Assembly (NCBI GenBank): GCA_951406725.2
Contig: OX597817.1
Coordinates: forward strand, 18,910,001-18,974,000
Reading direction: 5' to 3'
Length of the DNA stretch: 64,000 bases
DNA from: Octopus vulgaris
Lineage: Eukaryota
The notes under the pieces are model-generated. The model ran no database searches and was not told where the DNA came from. It saw nothing but the letters and a program-made list of their open reading frames with translations. The translations under genes and the position numbers were made by a program. Each line of letters begins with the position of its first letter. Position 1 is the stretch's first letter. Shown piece by piece: positions 26,515-39,885 of this stretch.

Positions 26515-27535
26515 TTGAAAACGCTATGAAAAAATACCGTTATACAAAGGGAAATTACTGTGTTATAACTCTGCTTGCCTGCGTACTATACATCGCTCGC
26601 ATTTTTCACCATAAAAATTATATAAAAATACATAAAAAATATATAAATATATATTATTTGTATATAGTCTATGACTATATACAAATAATGTAAAAATCAT
26701 TTGCTAGTATGCCACAACGATACATATGTAAGGATAAATTCAAATATGAATTGCAAGAGATCTAGTACTGTACATATTATTGACCACACATACTAAATGT
26801 ATGTGCTCTGTCTTTTCACCAATAGGCTGTGAATTAGCGAGGTGCAGTGATCCTATTATAGCGTCGGGTTTTAAAGCGCCTGAAAGTTCCAAAATTTGGG
26901 GCGAGTGGTTTGTATGTTTGGCTGTGTGGACGCCAGTGTGACCGCTTGTATGTGTGTTTTTCTGTTAGCTGTGTATGCACGGGCCTTCCTGACACCTTCC
27001 AGAGTTCAGCTTTTGACCTTATATCGTTTTGTTTTTGTATTATGTCCGCTGTAGATTTATAGGTTTATGGAGTGGTGTGTGAGGTGTCACACCCCACATT
27101 TTGAAGTATTCCCGCCAGATTTTGAATTGAATGTTGTCTATTCTCTTCAGGAACTCATCCCCAGTAGCGTAATCTCTCAGAAAAATCACGTTTAATTTCA
27201 TTAGAATGGTCACCCCACTGGCTCTTACCTTCGAATTTAAAGCAAGCTTCCTTTTTCTATGAATAGGATAATGGCGGATACAGCATTCATCTTCATTCGA
27301 AATAACACGCCTATGAACAAGAAATTTATCAATCATATGCCACTGCTTCAAAACTGAAACAATTCGGATTGCCCTGTATTTATAATTCTGTGGGATCATG
27401 GTGTTCACTATACAAAAATGCAGCTCCTGCAATATTTCCAATAGTAATAAGCCATTAGTATTACATTTCCAACTACAGATGGATATAAATAAGTAGGTGT
27501 CGATATTTACATCTATTAATATATGAATATAGATG

Positions 27536-27772
27536 AAGGCGGCGAGCTGCTAGAAACGTTAGCACGCCGGGCGAAATTCGTAGCCGTATTTCGTCTACCG
27601 TTGCGTTCCGAGTTCAAATTCCGCCGAGGTCGATTTTGCCTTTCATCCTTTCGGGGTCGATAAATTAAGTACCAATTACGCACTGGGGTCGATGTAATCA
27701 ACTTAATCCCTTTGTCTGTCCTTGTTTGTCCCCTCTGTGATTAGCCCCTTGTGGGTAGTAAAGAAATAAAGA
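27536..27772 (+). mobile_element. Family-N SINE, full length, with 16-bp TSD
   Basis: AATATATGAATATAGA at 27518-27533 and 27773-27788. Confidence 0.92.
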
Positions 27773-28496
27773 AATATATGAATATAGAGGCAATTATGCG
27801 GATAAACAAATTAGACACATGAAATATATTAAATATATTAATTTGTGTATGAGATACAAAATATATAGGCACACGTGCAAAGCGACAGAAAGCAAATGGT
27901 AGGGACTTTCAGATGATGAATTTTTAGTATAATTATATTGATATCTATATTAATAAGTCCAACTTAAGAACGACAGAGAAAATTGCGAGTATAACCGACA
28001 GAGAAAATTGAAGAGGTGGAAGAAAGATGTTATAAGCCTAACACCTGTTCGGCGATCCATAATAATGTTGGTAGATTTAGTTCATCAACAATATGCGGCT
28101 GTATGGATGCCCTTAACATTGGATAAGACGAGATCCGTCATCAGGGTAGAGAAGACCTTACCTTTCAGATGTTACAGCAGAGAAGTTCAAAGATGGAGCA
28201 TGTGTATATGAATATATACATGAGCCCAGACACACACATATGGACACACACAGTATGTGTATTTGTAATTTCTTTTACGACTGCAAACTAAAACCTGTAA
28301 CATCTTTGTAAATATAATAATTCCTCGCCCTCATGAGGGCAGTAGGCATTAATACGTTTTGCAGTTGGATTTAATCTCAGATCGTAAAGAAGATATTAGA
28401 GAACACTATAGGATACTTAATCAAATATATTACCATTTCTGTCCTTTAACTGTTTTCATATAAATACGTAGGCACACGCACGCTACTACCTGGACT

Positions 28497-28527
<31 letters not shown>

Positions 28528-28683
28528 TCACAAACACACATACACATATACATAAACACACACATATGTATATGTAGCATTTATATTACATAAATGTATA
28601 TTATATAAGTGATGTATGTATATTTCTATTATATATTTTATATACATTTATATATACATATATGCATGTATGTATGTATATGT

Positions 28684-28719
<36 letters not shown>

Positions 28720-28771
28720 GTGTACACACACACACACATATATATATATACGCACACGTTTACATACACAC

Positions 28772-28825
<54 letters not shown>

Positions 28826-28870
28826 GTGTGTATGTAAACGTGTGCCTATATATATATATATGTGTGTGTG

Positions 28871-28921
<51 letters not shown>

Positions 28922-28922
28922 G
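28497..28922. repeat. (CA)n/(TA)n compound microsatellite
   Basis: Direct observation. Confidence 0.95.
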
Positions 28923-30664
28923 CCTAATTATATAGTTTTCTTCAATAACTTTTTCGTAATGTTTTTCTTGTCACTCGTAGGTTAATTGATTAAAAGAAAA
29001 GTAATGATTTGTTGCAACGTTCCACCTTTTAATCACCTTTTTCGCTGGTTTGGATTCTATTGATTTCCTTTTAATCATGTAACGAAAAAGCAGGAATATA
29101 AATAAATAACAATTATAACAAAGAACTAAAATAAAATATAGCAACCACAAGTTGCACTAGAGCGATTTGTTGTTTATAGCTTTCGTCCCTTTGCTCTGGT
29201 TTTGACTTAATTTTGGTTTTAATGACGTTTACATCCTATAAATCAACTTTAGAATCTTATAGACTAATTTAGAACTTTTCCAGAACTGTGATGAATAACG
29301 TTACACATTGCTGAATATTTTTTCTTGAACCCAATTAGTGTCTTCTTTAAAGACTAATAAAATATACTTTTTTTGGTGAATTTAATGTTTTCAAAGGATT
29401 TAACAAATTTCTTAATTATCCAAGAAAGCATGTGAAATAAAAGAAAATCCATGTATATATATATATATATATATATATATTGCTTTTTGTTATTTTTGGT
29501 TTGAATTTCTTGGGATCTGGAGATAATTACACATTCCTCAACACAATCTCCAGAAGAAGTGTTTGATTTATTTTCATTTTCACTGCTTTTTACACAGCAA
29601 ATTACAAAGAGCAGAATGTTTTTCTTGACAATGGTAAGATTTTGTTTTATTCCATACAATATAGCTGAAGGATTTTCTGATAAGTTATTAAATAACCACA
29701 TGGAAATATCCAAGGCAAATAGGCTGCCTTTTAATTATTAAATCACTACCTTATGCTGTGCTAGAAGATATATTCAAAGAACAGAAATTATGAAGGACAT
29801 TCATAGCTTAACATTTAGAGATATACACAGTTCAAAATCGGTATTCATATTGTAATGAGGCTCAAGAATCAAGTAAGGTCATTTCTGAAAGTTAACAATT
29901 GAAGGGCTTGATACCCTTAAGGTTCTTGATAGGAAAATAAAGCTGAATGATGCTTTATGGAGTAGGACTCCTTGGAAACTCAAGCTTTTGACAATACGGG
30001 ATATCACATTTAATGTCGACAAAAGATCTGAATCAGAGGCACAGAAAATGGCTCAACGAAGTTAAAGTCAAATAAACAAAATTAGTGATAGAAAGCAGAG
30101 TACCAAAATTTAATAAGATCTTGTGAGCAAAGAGATCCTGTCTGCTATAATCAATGTCACAGGGCGCTTATGAGGTGATTATTAGGATTGCGTGGTATTT
30201 TTAATTATACGATGAGTAAATAAATTTGAACTGACAACTGTTGACTCATTTGCCATGAAGGACAGGAAATCTCACGCACACAGACACAGACACAGATAGA
30301 CATACACATACACACAAACACAAACAAACAAACACACACACACACGCACGCACGCACACACACACAAGCGCGCATATATTTGTAGCAAAGAACGGAAAAA
30401 AACAGTGAATACGTGTCATAAAAATCTATTATTTCTTTGTACACTAAACTATACACTAATTGCAGGTACATATAATTTCATTACTCTCGCACCTATTCTC
30501 ATTTCACACGTGCGTATACTCATCCATTCACAACTTATACGTACATCTCAGCTAATGCATCAATATCGGTAGATACATGTGTTTGTACTCTCACACAGGC
30601 GTACTCTTAAAATCACACATACACATACATATGTGAATGCATGTCTATAAAACAAGTGAAGAAT

Positions 30665-31077
30665 AGGTGCAGGAGTGGCTGTGTGGTAAGTAGCTTGCTA
30701 ACCAACCACATGGTTCCAGGTTCAGTCCCACTGCATGGCACCTTGGGCAAGTGTCTTCTACTATAGCCTCGGGCCGACCAATGCCTTGTGAGTGGATTTG
30801 GTAGACGGAAACTGAAAGAAGACCGTCGTATATATGTATATATATATATATGTGTGTGTGTTTGTGTGTCTGTGTTTGTCCCCCTAGCATTGCTTGACAA
30901 CCGATGCTGGTGTGTTTATGTCCCCGTTACTTAGCGGTTCGGCAAAAGAGACCGATAGAATAAGTACTGGGCTTACAAAAAAATAAGTCCCGGGGTCGAG
31001 TTGCTCGATTAAAGGCGGTGCTCCAGCATGGCCGCAGTCAAATGACTGAAACAAGCAAAGGAGAGTAAAAGAGAGAG
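30665..31077 (+). mobile_element. Family-C SINE, full length
   Basis: AGGTGCAGGAGTGGCTGTGTGGTAAG head, GGTTCAGTCCC B-box, CCTTGGGCAAGTG, tail GACTGAAACAAG..GAGTAAAAGAG. Confidence 0.92.
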
Positions 31078-32012
31078 AATAAATGGTGCTAGTGTCAATG
31101 TTATTTCTTTACTAATGAATCTTTTAGTAAATTAGAAAACATGAACATGAACAATGATTATGTAATATTGATTATATATTATTAATTACGTAATGCAATC
31201 GCATCGTTATTTTGTCGTGGCATCTATGAATAAATTAATACGAGAACAATTTGGATGATTTCACCATCATGTAGATATAGGCGAATTTTGAAAGGTGTTC
31301 CTATTTTCCGTTAAAAGTGCAGGTCATTGAAATAGTAAAGATGGAAGTTCAGTGTATGACTTAACAAGATTATTTTAGATGCTGGATTTAATTAGTCTGT
31401 ATACTCAGACAATTGTCTAGCCGGTAAGGTAGGGCACAATTAAAACCATGTATTATATACAGTGTCATCAATCAACTGAGAAACGCCTGTCTAGAGTAGC
31501 TTCGAGGAAAATCTTAATTATCTGTAGGAGAAAAAATAGGTATGGACAGAATAGAATAATTGTAAAATAACAAAATATTGTCATAGTGTTTATAAAGTAT
31601 AATGATAAAATATTAGTTCTCGGATTTAACATTGCACTCTGCTGCTAATACATATGTACTTTAGCTAGCTCGTTGGCTAATCGCGACACCGGTGCCTGTT
31701 CTAGCACTATTTTTTTTATATATCGCTGGCGGAGACATGTGATGCTGCTTTGTCTAGTGGTCGAGACGAATGAAAGTGGAAATCACGGTTTCCGTGCTGG
31801 AGATGGCTGGGGTTTATCTCCGCTACCCATATAGACAAGTGTGCATTTTGCACCAAAAGCCAGGCCGAGGGCTTCTCTCATGGTATCTACCACAGTATAG
31901 TCGGTTCTAAAAGAACATCTACGTTTACATATGGATAAAAATAAAGGTAAAATCTAATGGTAATATGAAGAAATAATAACAAATAAAAATTAAAAGTCTA
32001 CTTAAGGATATA

Positions 32013-32391
32013 TACTCTTTTACTTGTTTCAGTCATTTGATTACGGCCATGCTGGAGCACCGCCTTTAGTCGAGCAAATCGACCCCAGGACTTATTCTAT
32101 CGGTCTCTTTTGCCGAACCGCTAAGTGACGGGGACGTAAACACACCAGCATCAGTTGTCAAGCAATGCTAGGGGAACAAACACAGACACACACACACACA
32201 CACACACGCACATATATATATAGATACATATATACGAGAGGCTTCTTTCAGTTTCCGTCTACCAAATCCACTCACAAGGCATTGGTCGGCCCGGGGCTAT
32301 AGCAGAAGACACTTGCCCAAGATGCCACGCAGTGGGACTGAACCCGGAACCATGTAGTTGGTTAGCAAGCTACTTACCACACAGCCACTCC
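32013..32391 (-). mobile_element. Family-C SINE
   Basis: Reverse complement of 30665-31077 with a small internal deletion. Confidence 0.92.
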
Positions 32392-32692
32392 ATATGTATA
32401 TATTTCAAAACATTTGTCACCTAATGATTAACATTATTTTTTACGTTTAGCGTTTGTTGGTTGCATATTTTGTATTCTGTAATCTTGTATTTTTATAATC
32501 CTGAATTATATTATTCTTACCGTCGAGATCTATATTATTTTATACAATCTCGTTTCAACATGAACTATTACCAACCAGAATATATATTTCACTCGTTTTA
32601 TATTATTTATATATTATATTATTTCAACCATTCCAGTTATATCATTATTCCTACCTTGAAATAATTGGATTAATTTTTTTCCATGCCCCAAT

Positions 32693-32770
<78 letters not shown>

Positions 32771-33194
32771 CGAAGTTTACGCTTAACAAACACTACTTTG
32801 TAGACTATAAGACTACACCTACATTGTGCTTATTATACCCGACTTATGTGTAGAACTCAGGCAAATAAATCCGCAAAAGACTAAAAAAAAACAATTCCAT
32901 TAGACGAAGCTAATCCATGCAAACAGATTTAAATGAGCATCGGATTGTATAGATGTAGTTGATATGTAACTTAATTGTACCGCTGAATATGTCAGTTATT
33001 ACATTACACAATTTGCACTCGGTAACATACTTTTTACTATTACTGTTACAGCTACCCCCATTCTTCTGTTATTGCTGTGTATGGGTTATTGCTGTGTATG
33101 CGGAGAGATTATATACGTTTAGAATTTCTGCGTTGTTCTGCTTAGTGATCTTATTCTTTCTGCTGAAAGAACAGATTTCTGTCTCTGTACATAT

Positions 33195-33568
33195 GGAAGC
33201 ACTCCGTCGGTTACGACGACGAGGGTTCCGGTTGATCCGAATCAACGGAACAGCCTGCTCGTGAAATTAACGTGTAAGTGGCTGAGCACTCCACAGACAC
33301 GTGTACCCTTAACGTAGTTCTCGGGGATATTCAGCGTGACACAGAGAGTGACAAGGCCGGCCCTTTGGAATACAAGGTACAACAGGAAGTAAGAGTGAAA
33401 GTTGTGGTGAAAGAGTACAGCAGGGATCACCACCATCCCCTGTCGGAGCATCGTGGAACTTTAGGTGTTTTCGCTCAATAAACACTCACAACGCCCGGTC
33501 TGGGAATCGAAACCGCGATCCTATGACCGCGAGTCCGCTGCCCTAACCACTGGGCCATTGCGCCTCCA
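33195..33568 (-). mobile_element. tRNA(Arg-like)-headed SINE, family R, with 11-bp TSD
   Basis: Reverse complement of 37568-37949; TCTGTACATAT at 33184-33194 and 33569-33579. Confidence 0.92.
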
Positions 33569-34531
33569 TCTGTACATATACTACTTTAGTAACTGTTATA
33601 GCATCAGTTCATATCGTTGTGTGGAAGAGTTGGGTATTTCAATGCAGGTTATTGACCCATCCTGTGTATATATGGATTTTGTAGAATATGCTTACTGATC
33701 TGTTTTTCTTGTTATCTTGCCAGAAGATAGGAAGATGAGGAAAGGGGAATAAAACACAAAGAATATAAGCTAAGTGACAATTCTCTGAGAATTTCTAGAG
33801 ATTTCAATTAAGCGATATTTATTGGGGTAGCGACTTTAACTGGGAGGGTATATTTGATATTCAGGGCCTTTAGAATGTTGATTGGACTCTGATGTCGGAG
33901 AACTGATTCCTATAAATTTGGCGTTGGAATTCGTCATATTGCATTGGATTTTGCTAACTTACCATGTGTTTTGTTAAAGTGTCAAAGTGGTATTTTGAAA
34001 AATGTTATAATTTGCTTGTTCAAAATTAGTGATACAGTACGTCCTCAGCAGAGACTCAAGCACTCAGACAAAATTATTAACCAAACTCCGAAGTTATACT
34101 GTTAAAGCTGTTGCTGGCTATTACATTCCAGTAATAATGAACTTTGTAGAATGTGATACTACATATATCAAGACGTAAGAACTCGTCGCCTATGGAACAA
34201 ACCAAATCAGCGATTGGCTGTTATAGAAATATCCACATCTTAACACTTTCCTACCTTTGGCCATTAAATTTCAAGACCTATAAACCAACTTTTTAAAAAC
34301 ACTTAATTTCACAGGTGAAGATAAACTGATCTTGTCCAACAAGTACAAAGCCTTTTCCTTGAGGCGCGCTGCCAACAATCGACGTTGGATTGGTTTTTCT
34401 TACTGCTATCATTGCTGTTATCACTATTCACACTGCTTTTGGTTTTAAATTTTAGAACAAGGCTAGCAATTTTGGATGCGGAAAAGTCGAGTAGAACAGT
34501 TATTGCAATTTTTAATATCATTATTATCTCT

Positions 34532-34690
34532 AAGGCGGCGAGCTGGCATAATCGCTAGCACGCTAGACAAAATAATGAGCGGCATTTAGTCCGTCGTTAT
34601 ATTTTGAGTTCAAATTCCGCCGAGGACGACTTTGCTTTTCATCAGTTCGGGCTCGATAAATTTGTACCAGTTCAACACCGAGGCTGTGAT
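34532..34690 (+). mobile_element. Family-N SINE, degenerate
   Basis: AAGGCGGCGAGCTGGCATAATCG...GAGTTCAAATTCCGCCGAGGACGACTTTGC. Confidence 0.8.
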
Positions 34691-34789
34691 TCTTATATTT
34701 TTACTCTACTGAAAATGTTTTACATAGAATGTGTGTGGTTCTTAGTAGTGCTATTTTTTGTTTATTATATAAACTTATTAGTCCTGGTG

Positions 34790-36090
34790 CTTTTGCTATG
34801 TCTGTACATTTTTGTCTGAATATTTTTTTATCATACCTTTCCTATGATAGGAATTGTGTCTGTTTTTAGAATCCACAGTCGCGTTATCTCTATTTCCAGA
34901 TTTTTTTTTATTTTGATAGTTTCTCCGTTTCTTTTAGAGAAACATTGCCATCTGTTGCTATTGATGCATTGATTAGGAAGCATTTTTTCTTGGCGATCTC
35001 TGATAACTATATCTAGCGTATTGGCCTTAATTTCTGTATCTCTGTGTAGTGGCATATCCCAGATTATGGTTTCTTTTTTATTTTGTGTGACCTGTTCTTG
35101 CGTGTGTCTATACAATCTGTTGCTATTCCATGGTGTTGGCATAGCTTCCAGTGTATATATGTATATAGGTTCCAACTCTGTCTTGCCTGTGAATATATTC
35201 CTTCTTAGCCAGGACTGGGCAGCCAGAGACAATATGATTTATTGTTTCTTCTGCATCCCCACATATTCTTCAATTACTTTCTTTTCCTTACATGATTTTG
35301 GTAATTTCTGGTGGGAAGGCTTTGATCTTGTGCTGCAATTAAAAAATCCCCCAGTCGCTGTTTTGAATCCTAAGTTTCTCAGCTATTGTTGGGATTTTGC
35401 TTTGCCTGTTTCTTTTCTGATTAGTTTAACCCAGTGGATGGAAGCACTCCGTCGGTTACGACAACGAGGGTTCCGGTTGATCCGAATCAACGGAACAGCC
35501 TACTCGTGAAATTAACGTGTAAGTGGCTGAGCACTCCACAGACACGCGTACCCTTAACGTAGTTCTCGGGGATATTCAGCGTGACACAGAGAGTGTCAAG
35601 GCCGGCCTTTTGAAATACAGGTACAACAGAAACAGGAAGTAAGAGTGAGAGAAAGTTGTGGTGAAAGAGTACAACAGGGATCACCACCATCCCCTGCCGG
35701 AGCAGTATTTACCATGAAGGAGCTTTTCTTGCCATCGTTTTATCATTATCCGTTGCTGTTCCAGTTTTGGTTTCCATTTCAGTTGTCTTACATGTTTCGT
35801 TGATTCTTCTTTTTCTTCATAGTTCTTAGGTGGTATGACTTGTTTTTTTTTGTATTTGTCAGTTTCCTTATTGAATGGAAACAGTTTTTTTTGTTTTGTT
35901 CTGGTTTTGTGGCTATTTGTATTTGTATTTGTATTGCTTCCGAAGTAGTTCTATGGTGGTTATTCTGTAATAGTTTTCTAGCTGTAGAAGCCCTCTACCA
36001 AATTCGATACGTTGTATATATAACTTTTGTATGTCAGATTTTGGGTGGTGCATCCTAACTCCTGTCATTACGTTACTTATTTTCTTGTCT
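34790..36090 (-). mobile_element. Decayed RLE LINE, interrupted by a family-R SINE
   Basis: ORF track: MHHPKSDIQKLYIQRIEFGRGLLQLENYYRITTI and ETIIWDMPLHRDTEIKANTLDIVIRD..LEIEITRLW..IPIIG. Confidence 0.88.
35440..35703 (-). mobile_element. Family-R SINE, 5'-truncated
   Basis: Matches 37690-37949. Confidence 0.9.
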
Positions 36091-36113
36091 ATTATTATTA
36101 TTATTATTATTAC

Positions 36114-36149
<36 letters not shown>

Positions 36150-36150
<1 letters not shown>

Positions 36151-36705
36151 GAGTGAGAGAGCAGTTCATGCCAGCAAAGTGACACTGGGGTAAAATATAC
36201 GAAGCCCAGTATACACATCATGACTACCCGTCTGATAAGGGTACACCAGGCACATGCATCACAACGATATGTGCGCGACATGGTGATCTCATATCAAGAT
36301 AAACAGCACATGACCTTGCAGGTGGGGGCCCAGTTAGAATTTTCTTCAGGTTGAGTAGCCGATCCCGCTCAAAAGGTCCCTGAATAAGGGTTGTTTAAGG
36401 ATGTTGAAAGAACCACCAATGTTTCCAGAGGTGAATTATTCAAACCCCAAAGAATCCCTCTCAACACATGGCTATGATGCTCCCCCGCTACTTCTGCTCG
36501 TTATCAGAGATGCACATATCGTCAGCCACTAAGGGACATGGTCAACTGGTTAGGGTCAAACAACTGACAAGCAATTCTGTGGTATTGAGGAGAATATTTG
36601 CTGTAGCCCATCTTTTATTCCAAGACAAGACAATGTACATGATAACACTTCCAATCAGTTAAAATCAGAAGCCATGAGAGCCACTGCCTGGTACTGCATC
36701 AGGGC

Positions 36706-36708
<3 letters not shown>
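36150..36708 (-). mobile_element. ~560-bp non-coding element embedded in (ATT)n
   Basis: (ATT)n on both sides; diverged plus-strand homolog at 52275-52805 (GGCTGACGATATGTGCATCTCTGAT, CATCCTTAAACAA, TGCTCTCTCACTC then TAA repeats). Confidence 0.75.
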
Positions 36709-36767
<59 letters not shown>

Positions 36768-37567
36768 CTGCCAATATTATCCCTATGAACATTTCCAATA
36801 GTATTATAAATTCTAGCTGTCGTTTAATCTACTGTGAAGAATTTATTTTCCACAATCTTCATCACAATTTTGTAATTTCACTTCTAGTAAGCATATGCGT
36901 CTTGCATGCTGGCTGTAAATGTATGACAATAACAATCTGTATATGTGCATCATACTCTTTTACGCATTGGCACGTTCACATTCTTGTAAGTTTTAATTTT
37001 ACGTTGTTACAATACTGTCATGTTTCGTTAATATTAAAATCTTTTCATAATTTTGAATTCTGTATTTTATACAGCAATATGTTGTTTTTTTTAATTTATA
37101 ATTTTGTATTTTTGTGATTTTATGTTTCTATATCTTTATATATATCCATGATTATTGAATACTTTTTATCTTTTTTGCATGACTGTAAAATGCAAATATG
37201 CAATTTCGTAATTTTGCATTCTGAAAGTCTAACTTCCCTTATTTTAAAATTATTTTAATTTTTATATAATTTCTTCATATAACGTATTATAATTTTTGCA
37301 TATTTGCATATTCATAAATTTTGATTATACATGCACGTTTGTGCCTGTGTATATGTATCTGTGTACATTAGTGTGCGTTTGTGTAAGTATGCATGTGTAT
37401 GTGCATAGGTGAGCACGTATTCTTGTACATGTGTATGGGGGCGAATCCATTTATGAAAATGCAAACGTGTATAACATCCTCGCAGTAGTAATTCTATAAT
37501 TAAATACAAACATACGTACCTACGCACTATCTTAACGTTATTTCTACAGGTACTCTATATATCATAT

Positions 37568-37949
37568 GGTGGAGGCGCAATGGCCCAGTGGTTAGGGCAG
37601 CGGACTCGCAGTCGTAGGATCGCGGTTTCGATTCCCAGACCGGGCGTTGTGAGTGTTTATTGAGCGAAAACACCTAAAGCTCCACGAGGCTCCGGCAGGG
37701 ATGGTGGTGATCCCTGCTGTACTCTTTCACCACAACTTTCTCTCACTCTTACTTCCTGTTTCTGTTGTACCTGTATTTCAAAGGGCCGGCTTTGTCACTC
37801 TCTGTGTCACGTTGAATATCCCTGAGAACTACGTTAAGGGTACACGTGTCTGTGGAGTGCTCAGCCACTTACACGTTAATTTCACGAGCAGGCTTTCCGT
37901 TGATTCGGATCAACCGGCACCCTTGTAGAGTAACCGACGGAGTGCTTCC
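37568..37949 (+). mobile_element. Family-R SINE, full length, with 10-bp TSD
   Basis: A-box TGGCCCAGTGG, anticodon-like arm GACTCGCAGTC, B-box GGTTTCGATTCCC; TATATCATAT at 37558-37567 and 37950-37959. Confidence 0.93.
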
Positions 37950-38345
37950 TATATCATATAACCAGCATTAATTTTTGCTACAACGTTTTGTATCGAGACG
38001 TCAGATGTAAACAATGTGATCGAAGACAAAAATGGATAATGAGCGTATATACTATACTTCCCTTCGACGCAGTACGACGTGTTACTGACTTATAAAATCG
38101 TTTAGTATACTTTATAGTATATTATGTTCGCTTTACGAAGTACCACGTACCTACAAATCCTTAATATGCACTTACCACACAGCGCAGGAGTGGCTGTGTG
38201 GTAAGTAGCTTGCTAACCAACCACATGGTCCCGGGTTCAGTCCCACTGCATGGCACCTTGGGCAAGTGTCTTCTACTATAGCCTCGGGCCGACCAAAGCC
38301 TTGTGAGTGGATTTGGTAGACGGAAACTGAAAGAAGCCTGTCGTA

Positions 38346-38389
<44 letters not shown>

Positions 38390-38592
38390 AAGTAGATAAA
38401 TGAATTATCTTATTACGGATTATTCAAAAGATAACCGACACCTGGGTAGCAAAAATCACAACAGAAAAAGCACGGTTGAGGTTACGACCATGGGGCCTAA
38501 AATCCGTGCCTTAGTACGGAAATTTGAAGTTTTATATATTTAGTGTAGGAAGAAATGGAGCTGAACGAAGATTTAACAAAATTCCTTTTATT

Positions 38593-38678
38593 ATTTTCTA
38601 CATATGTTTCAAAGGCTGCAAAGTCCCTAATTCGGATTAAATAAGGAGTCCATTTTGCAGCCTTCTCTTCAGGAAAAT
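38593..38678 (-). ncRNA. Type-I hammerhead ribozyme motif with long helix II
   Basis: Minus strand ATTTTC-CTGAAGA-GAAGGCTGCAAA...TTTGCAGCCTTT-GAA-ACATATGT-A-GAAAAT. Confidence 0.8.
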
Positions 38679-38874
38679 CCAGGAACTTAATTCTTCAACA
38701 AAATGTTAACCGGATTTTGACCTTGAATTATCTCAACGGACTTTCTCGTCGGCTTTCAACCAGCCTGGCGTCAACGCATATTGATAGACAGTTTGTGCCA
38801 TTTATTCCATGGGCTCCTCGTGAGCGTTTGTCGAAAAGCTCGCTGTGCATTTTGTTGGAGAATTAAGTTCCTGG

Positions 38875-38960
38875 ATTTTCCTGAAGAGAAGGCTGCAAAA
38901 TGGACTCCTTATTCAATCCGAATTAGGGACTTTGCTGCCTTTGAAACATATGTAGAAAAT
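38875..38960 (+). ncRNA. Type-I hammerhead ribozyme motif (inverted partner)
   Basis: Same motif as 38593-38678, with one helix II mismatch (TTTGCTGCC). Confidence 0.78.
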
Positions 38961-39010
38961 AATAAAAAGGAATTTTGTTAAATCTTCGTTCAGCTCCATT
39001 TCTTCCTACA

Positions 39011-39076
<66 letters not shown>

Positions 39077-39569
39077 CGTGTGTATATGTTTGTGTGTCTG
39101 TGTTTGTTCCTCTAGCATTGCTTGACAACCGATGCTGGTGTGTTTACGTCCCCGTAACTTAGCGGTTCGGCAAAAGAGACCGATAGAATAACTACTGGGC
39201 TTACAAAGAATAAGTCCTGGGGTCGATTTGCTCGACTAAAGGCGATGCTCCAGCATGGCCGCAGTCAAATGACTGAAACAAGTAAAAGATAATAAAAGAG
39301 AAAAAAGAGAGAATCATACAAGCATGTATTTGTGTATATAAACACACACATATTGTAAGAGTATTGTATCAGTGTATACGTGTATGTAAAATAATGCCCG
39401 TTTGTAAAGTGGTGTGCTCATCTGTACAAATGTGTAACGCATGTTTTTGCGTGCACATATGTATATATCTGCAAGTACGTGTATGCATATGCTGGAATGT
39501 GAGTGCGAACAAAACACAAAACAACACAACACCCATACACACATGTACAAATATGAAGTGTGAAGATCC

Positions 39570-39885
39570 TTTAGGTCACGAATGGCCATGGGATTGCACC
39601 TGGAAGCTACTTCCGAGGCACAAATCTGGACAGAGTTGCTATGGAAATCCAGCAGTCGCCATGCATAACAGCCTACCTTCTGCACACCGCCGATGTTAAC
39701 CGAAGGAAAGGCAAAGGCCGATACAGTTTAGCAACAATGACTTCACTACTCATTTCGACAGCTGAGGGAACTTAAGCAGCGTGAAAAAAAGTGTCTTCCT
39801 TAAGAAACAACACACAGCCCAGTCTGGGAATCGAACTCACTACCTTATGATTGTGGACCTGGCGATCTAACAATTGAGCCATGTG
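39570..39885 (-). mobile_element. Old tRNA-headed SINE (fourth family)
   Basis: Minus-strand head CATGGCTCAATTGTTAGA...GAGTTCGATTCCCAGACTGGGC. Confidence 0.65.

Larger units (their letters stand above)
38385..39014. mobile_element. Inverted-repeat insert with a hammerhead in each arm (Penelope-like terminal structure)
   Basis: Arms 38540-38705 and 38848-39014 are near-perfect reverse complements; TA tracts on both sides. Confidence 0.8.
38183..39300 (+). mobile_element. Family-C SINE split at its TA tract by a ~630-bp insert
   Basis: Head at 38183-38345, body and tail at 39070-39300. Confidence 0.9.

Noticed and set aside
28105-28150. CTGATGA plus GGAT/ATCC hairpin on the minus strand
   Set aside because: GAAA is missing and helix I is weak; at most a decayed hammerhead
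33930-34300. Possible CR1/Jockey RT traces (ALDFA, KLLTKLRSY)
   Set aside because: Too fragmentary to support
37568-37645. Apparent tRNA-Arg gene
   Set aside because: It continues into a multi-copy SINE body with a TSD, so it is a SINE head
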